Below are positions 1-8,246 of a DNA stretch of 17,751 nt, in pieces (positions within the stretch are counted from its first letter, which is position 1; each line of letters opens with the position of its first letter). The stretch spans positions 52,647-70,397 of the forward strand of contig JBJEGD010000006.1 of assembly GCA_051874735.1 (NCBI GenBank), read 5' to 3'. A program made the position numbers and the translations under genes. The notes under the pieces were generated by a model that saw only the letters and a list, made by a program, of their open reading frames with translations, was not told the origin of the DNA and searched no databases. The DNA is from Candidatus Bruticola sp. (GTDB taxonomy: Bacteria > Vulcanimicrobiota > Xenobia > Xenobiales > Xenobiaceae).

Positions 1-148
1 CATTTGCTCCCGGACCAACTGGACGCTGACCGCCAGGAGCCATCGGCTGGCGAGGTACATTTGCTCCCGGACCAACTGGACGCTGACCGCTAGGAGCCAT
101 CGGCTGGCGAGGAATATTCGCCCCTGGACCAACTGGACGCTGACCGCT
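1..148 (-). repeat. 57-bp coding tandem repeat (at least 2.6 copies), 19-aa unit [10 protein letters not shown](V/I)PRQPMAP(G/S)
   Basis: 1-57 and 58-114 are nearly identical (catttgctcccggaccaactggacgctgaccgc..); 115-148 is a diverged partial copy. The array is cut by the window edge. Confidence 0.93.
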
Positions 149-3055
149 CCCAGAATGACGGTAATCCGCAGCCATACCTTCAGGGACATCATACTGGCCA
201 GGATTTTGGGCCACACTAGGCTGATTATAAGCATCTTGCGGAGGATACCCCCCCTGCTGGGGGTAGCCACTAGACTGAGAGTAACCGCCAGGCTGCCCAT
301 AACCACCAGGCTGAGAATAGCCGCCAGGTTGAGGGTAACCGCTAGGCTGAGAATAGCCACCAGGTTGAGGGTAACTGCCAGGCTGAGAATAGCCACCAGG
401 TTGAGGGTAACTGCTAGGCTGAGAATAGCCGCCAGGTTGAGGGTAACCGCCAGACTGAGGATAGCCATCAGATTGAGGGTAACCGCCAGACTGAGGATAG
501 CCGCTGGGCTGACCATACGAGCCTTGAGAAGTATAATTGGGAGCAGAATCAGGAGTAGCCACTACTCCAGAAGCAGAACGCGGATGCGCGGAAGCAGATG
601 CTCCCGCGGCAGAGTTGCCGCTCTCATCACCGAAAGTATCACTCAAAGCCCGATTGTCCAAGGAAAAAACCACTTTATCGCCTTCATCAGCCATATCAGC
701 CCAAATAAGGGTATTCGGCGGCACCTTATGGCGAAGCACGTATTCAGCAAACGGCCTAGTCAACCAAGTATCGATAGCCCGGTTCAGAGGGCGGGCGCCA
801 TACTCAGGATGATAGCCTTTGTCGAGCAGGAAATTTATAACATTTTTCGTTACGTGTAAATCGACCTGTCGGCTTTCCTTAATTCGTTTTACGCATTTTG
901 ATAAATTAATATCGACTATGCCCTGTAAATCTTCACGTTTGAGAGTTTTAAATATAATAATTTCATCAATGCGGTTTAAAAACTCCAGCCGGAAGTGACC
1001 GCGCAGAGCGGCTTGATAAACCTCAGGCATATCGTCCAACTGACCGACATACCCCTGATCGGTAGGCAGCAAATCGGCCAAAGGATCCTTCATTTTGGCT
1101 AAAGCGCCCATCTCTTCGTCGCCGGTAGCTTTCTCTAAAGCAGCTCCAGCAGCGGCCATCTGGGCAGAGGCCATATCGAGGGCTTTACGAGATCCTAAAT
1201 TGGAAGTCATAATAATAATAGAATTAGTAAAGTTTACCGTGCGTCCGCGCGCATCTGTGAGACGTCCATCGTCAAAAACTTGCAAAAACAGATCGAAAAC
1301 ATCGGGATGGGCTTTTTCTACTTCGTCGAGTAAAATTACACAGAAGGGCTTGGTACGCACAGCTTTAGTCAGCTGGCCCTCCCCTTCATAGCCCACATAG
1401 CCTGGAGGAGCACCGATAAGACGAGCCACAGAGTGCTTATCGTGGAATTCAGACATATCCAAACGAATCATATCGCGCTCTGAGCCGAAGAGGAACTCTG
1501 CTAAAGTTTTGGCTAACTCAGTTTTTCCTACACCGCTGGGGCCCAAGAAAAGGAATACACCACTAGGACGAGTAGGAGACGAAAAGCCCACTCTTACCAC
1601 TCTTATAGTGCTGGCCACAGCGGCTACTGCATGATCTTGACCAACAACACGGCCGCGCAGCAAATTTTCCATATCGAGCAGGCGAGCCTCTTCTTCATTG
1701 GCAATGCGAGAAATTGGCACCCCTGTCCAATCGGCGACAACTTCAGCGATGACCTCTTCTGTAACTTCCTGCATGCCCTGCCCCTGACAGTTGCCCCGAG
1801 TTTTTATACGTGCGGCCGCTTCATCGATAAGATCGATAGCCTTATCGGGCAAATTGCGATCTGGCAAAAAGCGCACTGACAGCTTTACAGCAGCTAAGAG
1901 AGCTTCATCGGAAAATTGCACATGATGGTGCTGTTCATAGCGCTCTCGAAGTCCTTTAAGAATTTCAAAAGCATCTTCCTCGGAAGGCTCGCTGACGAAC
2001 ACTTGTTGGAAACGGCGTTCCAAAGCAGGATCAGCCTCAATATAACGGCGATATTCATCGATGGTGGTGGCTCCCATAACAGCTAAATCGCCCCTGGCTA
2101 AAGCCGGCTTCAAAATGTTGCCAGCATCCATTCCTCCGCTGCCACCAGCCCCCACAATTTGATGAATCTCATCAATAAAAAGAATAATTTTGTTATCTTT
2201 GCTAACTTCTTCGATGACTTGCTGTAGACGTTTTTCAAAGTCACCGCGATGGCCAGCACCCGCGACTAAAGAACTTAAACTCAACTCTATAAGATGATGA
2301 TCTTTAAGGAGATCAGGCACTGTACCTTCAGCTAAACGCTGCGCTAAACCGTAAGCCACAGCCGTCTTACCTACGCCAGCCTCACCGACTAAAACGGGGT
2401 TAGACTTAGTCTTGCGAGTTAGCACTTCTAAGACACGGCGCACCTCATCATTTCGTCCGACTACGGGATCCATTTTTTTCTGACGTGCTAACTCTGTAAG
2501 ATCGCGGCCATATTCTAACAGCTGTTTATGTTCTCTGGCGAACTTGCGTCCATCAGCAGTCATGTTTTTATCAGCTCCGCGGTTAAAGAAACCACCTCCG
2601 CCAGAAGACTTAGGCGACTCTTGACGGACGACTCCGCGAATCGAATCGCGCAGTTTCAGCAGCTCTACACCACGGTTGAGAAGCACGCGACAAGGCACGC
2701 TGCGCCCCTCACGCAAAATAGCCGTAATCACATGTTTCGGTTCTACACGCAGTGCCTGAGCAGCCTCGGCTTCTTCAGGCACTATAGTTTTCATAATACT
2801 GCGGTAGCGCGGAGTTTCCGGAATTCCGTCCCAAAGAGGGGGATCATCTTGAGGAGGCACCAAATTGGCAATGCCTTCCTCTAACTCACTGAGAGGTACT
2901 CCTTCATCGGCAATCGCTTCCGCTAACGAGCGATCCAGCTGACAGGCGGCAGCAAAAAAATGCTCTACTCCCAAATAGTAATGTTTCCATGAACGGGAAA
3001 GTTCTCCAGCTCTGGCTATTACCCGTTCTGTTGCTTCGCTGTTATTTATGGCCAT
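1..3055 (-). CDS. Hsp100/Clp class I AAA+ ATPase (ClpA/ClpC-like) with long low-complexity C-terminal tail; 3' end lies outside the window (at least 1018 aa)
   Basis: Manual translation from ATG 3055 ([34 protein letters not shown]) has no stop down to base 2. It shows a Clp N-domain, [22 protein letters not shown], Walker A1 GEAGVGKT (2386-2363), Walker [28 protein letters not shown], Walker A2 [50 protein letters not shown] and YGARPL. The start is 1 nt after the rlmD stop. Confidence 0.95.
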   Translation of the reverse strand, partial: MAINNSEATERVIARAGELSRSWKHYYLGVEHFFAAACQLDRSLAEAIADEGVPLSELEEGIANLVPPQDDPPLWDGIPETPRYRSIMKTIVPEEAEAAQALRVEPKHVITAILREGRSVPCRVLLNRGVELLKLRDSIRGVVRQESPKSSGGGGFFNRGADKNMTADGRKFAREHKQLLEYGRDLTELARQKKMDPVVGRNDEVRRVLEVLTRKTKSNPVLVGEAGVGKTAVAYGLAQRLAEGTVPDLLKDHHLIELSLSSLVAGAGHRGDFEKRLQQVIEEVSKDNKIILFIDEIHQIVGAGGSGGMDAGNILKPALARGDLAVMGATTIDEYRRYIEADPALERRFQQVFVSEPSEEDAFEILKGLRERYEQHHHVQFSDEALLAAVKLSVRFLPDRNLPDKAIDLIDEAAARIKTRGNCQGQGMQEVTEEVIAEVVADWTGVPISRIANEEEARLLDMENLLRGRVVGQDHAVAAVASTIRVVRVGFSSPTRPSGVFLFLGPSGVGKTELAKTLAEFLFGSERDMIRLDMSEFHDKHSVARLIGAPPGYVGYEGEGQLTKAVRTKPFCVILLDEVEKAHPDVFDLFLQVFDDGRLTDARGRTVNFTNSIIIMTSNLGSRKALDMASAQMAAAGAALEKATGDEEMGALAKMKDPLADLLPTDQGYVGQLDDMPEVYQAALRGHFRLEFLNRIDEIIIFKTLKREDLQGIVDINLSKCVKRIKESRQVDLHVTKNVINFLLDKGYHPEYGARPLNRAIDTWLTRPFAEYVLRHKVPPNTLIWADMADEGDKVVFSLDNRALSDTFGDESGNSAAGASASAHPRSASGVVATPDSAPNYTSQGSYGQPSGYPQSGGYPQSDGYPQSGGYPQPGGYSQPSSYPQPGGYSQPGSYPQPGGYSQPSGYPQPGGYSQPGGYGQPGGYSQSSGYPQQGGYPPQDAYNQPSVAQNPGQYDVPEGMAADYRHSGSGQRPVGPGANIPRQPMAPSGQRPVGPGANVPRQPMAPGGQRPVGPGAN
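212..535 (-). repeat. 18 x 18-bp coding tandem repeat, hexapeptide Y(P/S)Q(P/S)GG
   Basis: Translation: [108 protein letters not shown]. The central part alternates, giving a 36-bp higher-order unit. Confidence 0.95.
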
Positions 3056-3056
3056 A

Positions 3057-4484
3057 TTACTTCCGAACTATGTGCGCTACACACTCAACATGATAAGTTT
3101 GAGGGAACATATCGATAGGCTGTACTTCCAAAACAGAATAGCCCTTTTCATGAAGTATTCCCAAGTCTCGGGCTAAGGTAGAAGGATTACAGGAAACGTA
3201 AGCCAAGCGAGGGATACGCATCTTAGCTATAGTATCCAGCACTACAGGATCGCATCCTTTCCGCGGAGGGTCTAAAACAGCGCCGTTAAAGCTGGTTCGC
3301 CGCTGCAGAGGAGAGCCTTTGTGACAAAGAGCAGGCAGTATTTTTTCCACCGTGCCATCCATAAAAGTAGTGTTAGCTAGATTGTTTAGATCGGAGTTAA
3401 CTACTGCATCTTCTATGGCATCCTGACATTCGTCTATGCCGAAGACGCGCTTAGCTTGACGAGCCATATACAAAGCCAGCGAACCGACTCCGCAGTAAGC
3501 ATCGAGAATAATGTCGCGAGGCTGAATCTGCAGATACTGATCTATTTGATTATATATGGCTTCAAGCCCCTCAATATTGACTTGGAAAAATGAGTTAGCT
3601 GAAATATTGAATTTTAAACCGGCAACCTCTTCAATAATATGATCGCTTCCCCACAGTACGGAGTTATGGGAGCCCAAAATCACGTTAGAAAAATGTGGAT
3701 TGAGGTTGAGCACTACCCCGCACAGCGAATGCACTCGTTTGCGTACAATATCGACGAATTCGCGCACTTTAGGCAGACGAGGCTGACTAGAGACGATAAC
3801 TAACAAGGTTTGGTTCGAATAGAAGCCGTGGCGAGCGACCAAATAACGCACGGCACCGCTGCCATCTTCACTGTTGTAAATAGGCCACTGCAAACGTTCT
3901 ATAGCTTCACGGCAAGCCGCCGACAGCTCATTGTTGACTTCATGCTGAATAGCGCAGTTATCAACTTTAACTATAGAATGGGTCCCTTTGGCATAGTATC
4001 CAACATAAGGATGAAAACGTGGTGCCTCTTCGTTGTCGCTGCATTCTTGACGCTGCAAATAAGGCTTAGCGCCTAAAACCATCTGCATTTTGGAGCGGTA
4101 ATTCCAAGGATGCTTCATTTTTTTACAAGGACGCACCTTAACGCCATCTAAGCCGGCGATATGGCGCAAAGCATCTTGGACCATTTTAGTTTTAAATTCT
4201 AATTGAGAGTCATAATTGACATGCTGCAAGTGGCAGCCGCCGCATTCACTGTAAACTGGACAGCGCGGTTGAACACGGCGCACTGAGGGGACAATAATTC
4301 TGTGAATACGAGCACGTCCGTAATTTTTTTTAAGTTCGGTTATATGGGCTTCTATTTTATCACCAGGAGAAGCACCAGGTACAAAAAGTACGAAGTTGCC
4401 CACTCTCCCAACAGCTTCCCCCCCAACGGCGAAATCGTTGATAGTCAGCTCTACCTTCTGACCTATTGATAAAGAATCGGCCAT
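3057..4484 (-). CDS. rlmD: 23S rRNA (uracil-C5)-methyltransferase RlmD/RlmCD family
   Basis: N-terminal TRAM domain, CPVYSECGGC Fe-S motif, SFFQVN, DAYCGVG SAM-binding motif, LDPPRKG, YVSCNPSTLARD, DMFPQTYHVE. Confidence 0.95.
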   Translation of the reverse strand: MADSLSIGQKVELTINDFAVGGEAVGRVGNFVLFVPGASPGDKIEAHITELKKNYGRARIHRIIVPSVRRVQPRCPVYSECGGCHLQHVNYDSQLEFKTKMVQDALRHIAGLDGVKVRPCKKMKHPWNYRSKMQMVLGAKPYLQRQECSDNEEAPRFHPYVGYYAKGTHSIVKVDNCAIQHEVNNELSAACREAIERLQWPIYNSEDGSGAVRYLVARHGFYSNQTLLVIVSSQPRLPKVREFVDIVRKRVHSLCGVVLNLNPHFSNVILGSHNSVLWGSDHIIEEVAGLKFNISANSFFQVNIEGLEAIYNQIDQYLQIQPRDIILDAYCGVGSLALYMARQAKRVFGIDECQDAIEDAVVNSDLNNLANTTFMDGTVEKILPALCHKGSPLQRRTSFNGAVLDPPRKGCDPVVLDTIAKMRIPRLAYVSCNPSTLARDLGILHEKGYSVLEVQPIDMFPQTYHVECVAHIVRK

Positions 4485-4718
4485 AAAAAAACTCCGTAAA
4501 AAAAATTGCTCTAACCCTGCCAGCAGGGAAAGGCTGCCGCCCTTGGCTAACTAAAATTTAAAAACTGCCTGTTTCTTACCGCCATACGCTTCTGCCACCA
4601 TCCTTATAAAGCTGGGAAGTTATGGCAGGAAGTAAAAATATACAGAGAAACACGCCTTCAGATGTTCAATTTCAGGAAGTCTTTTTCCTACTCAAATATA
4701 TTTTAAGGAGTTCATCGC

Positions 4719-4934
4719 TTGAATAAAGGCAATTTGTCAGTAAATGTACAGTCGGCCCAGTCTTATTTAGAAGAGGCTCTAGAAAAATTAGACGATATTA
4801 TTGACTTTCTGCACAACTTAAGCGAAGAAGAGCTGGAAAGTTCAGCTCCGGCTGGCGGTATTGCTCAAATAGAGCGCGCCCAAGCTCTAACTTCTCAGGC
4901 TCTATCCGCTCTAGACAAAGTTAAATTTCACTAA
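4719..4934 (+). CDS. Small acidic helical hypothetical protein (71 aa)
   Basis: TTG start with AAGGAG 8 nt upstream; amphipathic helical pattern; occupies otherwise non-coding space upstream of tatA. Confidence 0.65.
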   Translation: MNKGNLSVNVQSAQSYLEEALEKLDDIIDFLHNLSEEELESSAPAGGIAQIERAQALTSQALSALDKVKFH

Positions 4935-4997
4935 CACAGGTTTTGATATGCCAGGCGAGCATCAACCTGTACAGCTTCGAGGTTTTACAAAAAAATT

Positions 4998-5297
4998 ATG
5001 CCGTTCAATTTAGGTCCGGGAGAACTTATCATATTAGCAGTAGCAGCTCTGCTTCTTTTTGGTCCTCAAAAACTTCCCGAGATAGGCAGATCGCTGGGAG
5101 AAGCTCTAGGATCGTTAAAAAAAGCTTATAATAGCGCATCAAGTTTAGAAGAAGCGAAAACCTCCCCTGCCAGTTCCTCAGCAGCTGAAGATACAGTTTC
5201 CCGTACGTCTTCAAATTCGTCTGTAGATAGCCTATCAACAACAGACGATCAACTATCTCCCCATAACAGCTTACAAGACAAAAAAACTGACATTTAG
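4998..5297 (+). CDS. tatA: Twin-arginine translocase TatA/TatE family subunit
   Basis: LGPGELIILAVAALLLFGPQKLPEIGRSLGEALGSLKKA: TM helix, FG hinge and amphipathic helix, followed by a Ser-rich disordered tail. Confidence 0.93.
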   Translation: MPFNLGPGELIILAVAALLLFGPQKLPEIGRSLGEALGSLKKAYNSASSLEEAKTSPASSSAAEDTVSRTSSNSSVDSLSTTDDQLSPHNSLQDKKTDI

Positions 5298-5356
5298 GTG
5301 CCAAACAGTTTATTAACTAATTTCAGCTTTTATGCTCAGTTTTCAATCTTAAGCGC

Positions 5357-5412
5357 AAAAAAACGAGGTTTTCTGCAGGCATTTAACCTACCTACGGAAG
5401 CCCCGTTTTTTT
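5357..5412. terminator. Probable bidirectional intrinsic terminator between convergent tatA and lipoprotein genes
   Basis: A7-CG-AGGTTTTCTGCAGG ... CCTACGGAAGCCC-CG-T7 is an imperfect inverted repeat flanked by A7 and T7. Confidence 0.65.
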
Positions 5413-5489
5413 CATTGGTATATTTTGCAGCAGCTCACCCTAAACTGAGCAAAAAATTTCGAGCGAACCGATCTTAAAAAGCCACTGAG

Positions 5490-6059
5490 CTATCTCGAGC
5501 GGCGTCCCTTTCTCGGCTTTGACTGAGGTGCTGCCTTTTTAGCTTGATAAATAAACAGCGGCGGCAGGTCTAGAGAACGTATCTTCCAGCCTCCTCTAGT
5601 CTGCTCAAATTCCCAAATCCAAGGGGGAGCATTAGGATACTTTAAATCGTAGACCTTAATTAATGCCACTTTGCCTGATACTCGCTCGTCGCCCACCGAT
5701 CTAGTCATATAAACACTTTTAGTGGAAGCCATAGAGAAGTATCTTTCTAAACCTTCTGAAAAGCTCTTAAAATTGACCTTCATTTTGGCGTCGACACTTA
5801 GAGCAGCGTAGGCTTTTTTATAGTTTTTAGTTTTGACATTGTTTAAAAATTCATTGGCTACTACGAAAGGACGACGGCTTATATCAGGCGGAGGGATAAA
5901 CTTATCATCACTTTTCTTGTTGATATTAACTTCCGGAATCGAGCAGGCCGCCATTAGACAGACAACCTGAATCAGCAAGACAATAACAGCCAGCCTCTTA
6001 AGTTTTCTCATTTTGAATAAATTGGATACCTTAATTGACAACATATTGACCGCTTCCAT
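5490..6059 (-). CDS. Putative lipoprotein, possibly NTF2-like fold (alternative start at ATG 6011)
   Basis: Basic N-region MRKLKR, hydrophobic stretch, lipobox-like MAAC; FLNNVKTKNYKKAYAALS and GGWKI patterns typical of small NTF2-like lipoproteins; AGGAG upstream of 6059. Confidence 0.7.
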   Translation of the reverse strand: MEAVNMLSIKVSNLFKMRKLKRLAVIVLLIQVVCLMAACSIPEVNINKKSDDKFIPPPDISRRPFVVANEFLNNVKTKNYKKAYAALSVDAKMKVNFKSFSEGLERYFSMASTKSVYMTRSVGDERVSGKVALIKVYDLKYPNAPPWIWEFEQTRGGWKIRSLDLPPLFIYQAKKAAPQSKPRKGRRSR

Positions 6060-6103
6060 CCCGCTCCTAAGTTTTTACCGACAACTAAAACATTATCGTT
6101 CAA

Positions 6104-7777
6104 TTATAAATGCACAATTTCAGCATAGCTGATGTAAGCGCCAGCTCGGATAATTCTAATAACAACTTCTTTGCCTACTCTATCAGCAGCGCGCTCCACT
6201 TCAACTAAGCAACCGTCGACTATAGCTAAAGCAGAACCGTTTTCCGACTCGCTGTTTTCCAAAATATCTACCCGAGCCTGTTGTCCGACAGAAAGCAAAG
6301 ACCGATCGCTGGCCGAGAGCTTATCTATACAACTGACACTGAAACGCTCCGGATGAATATTGTCTGAAGCACGAACTATAATTACAGATTTAGTCTCTTT
6401 CGCAATCTGCTCAGCCTCAGATCCGTTAGGACCGACAAAGCGATAGGCGGCCGCCGGTGAGAGAGTAACGACTGCAGCTTCATGCTTACTTAAGCCGCCC
6501 ATTTCCCGCAGCAAATTGCGACGAGCCCGCAAAGCCACAGACTTGGGAGATAAAACCTTGCCGCGGCCATGGCATATGGGGCAAACATCGCGCATAATAC
6601 CATCTAAGTCTTTGCCTTCACGCTTGCGAGTTATCTGCACCAACCCCAGCTCAGTCATACTCACCAAATGAGTTCGGGTACGATCTTTTTTAAGCTCATC
6701 GCCCAAAGTTTCCAAAATTTTGCGCTGGTCGTCGGAACTGTCCATATCGATAAAATCGACAATAATAATACCAGCCATATCGCGCAAGCGAAGTTGACGA
6801 CAAATTTCTTTACAAGCTTCTAAGTTAGTGCGCAGAATAGTTTCTGCTAAATTGTTTTTACCGATATAGCGTCCGGTATTGACATCGATTACCCAAAGGG
6901 CTTCAGTGCGATCGACAATCAGATATCCGCCGGAATCAAGCCAAACCCGACGCGACAGGGCGTTATCAATTTCCTGCTCAATACGATACATATCGAATAA
7001 CGGATAAGTATCTGTATAAAGATGAACTTTATCTAAAAGTTCAGGGGCAGTATGTTCTAGGCGCTCGCGCATATTCAGGTATTCCTGACGATTGTCTATA
7101 ACCAGACGATCGACCTCTTCAGTGAAGAGATCGCGCAGTATTTTACCTATAAGATCGAGTTCCTGATGGACTAGAGCAGGAGCCTGGCAGTTCTTAGCCT
7201 TAGCTTGAACCTTATTCCAAGCTTTAACCAAATAATCTAGATCCATCTCAAGTTCGCTGCGATCATGTCCTTCTGCTGCGGTACGAACGACTATGCCCAT
7301 ACCTTCAGGACGAAGTTCGTCAGCAATACCACGCAGGCGATCGCGCTCCTGCTCAGTAGAAATGCGGCGAGAGACTCCCACATATTGAGCAGAAGGGAAT
7401 AAAACTAAATAACGACCTGGAAGGGTAATATAAGAGGTGATACGGGCGCCTTTAGAGCCAATAGCTTCTTTAACTATCTGCACTAAGGTTTCTTGTTGGG
7501 GGCGGACTATCTCCGCAATAGCGGGCTTAGTGAAATTGTTATCTCCATCACCTAACCCCGCTACTGCATCGCCGGCACACAAAAAAGCATTGCGCTCTAA
7601 ACCGATATCGACAAAAGCGGCATTCATGCCAGGAAGGACATCAGCTACTCTGCCTTTGAATATGCTACCGACCTGACGTTCTTCACGATCTATCAAAATT
7701 TCTATGGGGCGTCCGTCTTCCAGGACCACAGCCCTTCCCTCGCGATCGTCAATGGAAATCAATATTTCTTTGTACAT
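6104..7777 (-). CDS. rng: Ribonuclease E/G family (RNase G-like) with C-terminal TRAM-like domain
   Basis: S1 domain GSIFKGRVADVLPGMNAAFVDIG, TEALWVIDVNTG, RLRDMAGIIIVDFIDM, CPICHGRG Zn-link. The start is revised to ATG 7777 (MYKEILISID), which matches family N-termini; the 77 upstream codons in the ORF track do not look like protein. Confidence 0.92.
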   Translation of the reverse strand: MYKEILISIDDREGRAVVLEDGRPIEILIDREERQVGSIFKGRVADVLPGMNAAFVDIGLERNAFLCAGDAVAGLGDGDNNFTKPAIAEIVRPQQETLVQIVKEAIGSKGARITSYITLPGRYLVLFPSAQYVGVSRRISTEQERDRLRGIADELRPEGMGIVVRTAAEGHDRSELEMDLDYLVKAWNKVQAKAKNCQAPALVHQELDLIGKILRDLFTEEVDRLVIDNRQEYLNMRERLEHTAPELLDKVHLYTDTYPLFDMYRIEQEIDNALSRRVWLDSGGYLIVDRTEALWVIDVNTGRYIGKNNLAETILRTNLEACKEICRQLRLRDMAGIIIVDFIDMDSSDDQRKILETLGDELKKDRTRTHLVSMTELGLVQITRKREGKDLDGIMRDVCPICHGRGKVLSPKSVALRARRNLLREMGGLSKHEAAVVTLSPAAAYRFVGPNGSEAEQIAKETKSVIIVRASDNIHPERFSVSCIDKLSASDRSLLSVGQQARVDILENSESENGSALAIVDGCLVEVERAADRVGKEVVIRIIRAGAYISYAEIVHL

Positions 7778-8055
7778 AAATTTGCTATAAACCTTAACAT
7801 GATGGTGCTGCAGATGCGGCACTCTCCGCAGGGAATAGAACGCAGACTGATACGATGATACGAGCAGCCACTTATAACAAAAATTGCGGAAGGCCTCACA
7901 GCGGCAAAACTGAGAGAGATACGAAAAATTCCCTTGTCTTTTCACGTTCATCTGCCGCACTTCCTGCCGCTCAGCTTTACTGTAAACAGAGACGACAAAA
8001 TATAGCAAACAACTTACATAAAGGGATTTGCAGCTTCTGTACCGAGGCTCGCTTG

Positions 8056-8084
8056 TTGACGAAAAAAGTTATAAAGTATATAAT
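8056..8084 (+). promoter_or_regulatory. sigma70/sigmaA promoter for ffh operon
   Basis: TTGACG (8056-8061), 17 nt spacer, TATAAT (8079-8084). Confidence 0.85.
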
Positions 8085-8246
8085 AGGTCACATTGTTCAG
8101 AAGCTTGCGTTTATCAATGCAAGTTGTACAGTTTTAGGCAGGTTTTAAAATGGTTTGCTATGAACTGCCGAACAACGAAACGGACTTAATTTTATTCCCC
8201 GTTTCATCAGCACCACAGCAGAAAGTGAGATAAGCTCTTTTAAGTT

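Noticed and set aside
1-535. Repeats as a possible CRISPR array
   Set aside because: The units are tandem, have no unique spacers, are multiples of 3, and vary like codons in an open frame.
155-859. 234-aa plus-strand ORF with (T/A)ARLR(I/V) repeats
   Set aside because: Antisense shadow of the 18-bp repeat in the Clp tail; the minus frame is continuous with an unambiguous Clp ATPase.
537-4076. Short plus-strand ORFs (537, 1095, 1631, 2528, 3810)
   Set aside because: They lie antisense to the Clp and rlmD genes and show no recognisable motifs.
4588-4631. Imperfect inverted repeat CTTCTGCCA / TGGCAGGAAG in the rlmD divergent region
   Set aside because: Too short and imperfect to assign as an operator or RNA element without comparative data.
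4943-5304. ORFs 4943-5131 (+) and 5029-5304 (-)
   Set aside because: They overlap the clear tatA gene in other frames.
7778-8148. 77-aa N-terminal extension of Rng and ORF 7855-8148
   Set aside because: Family-like sequence begins at MYKEIL (7777). The upstream stretch is the divergent promoter region, and the + ORF runs through the ffh promoter.
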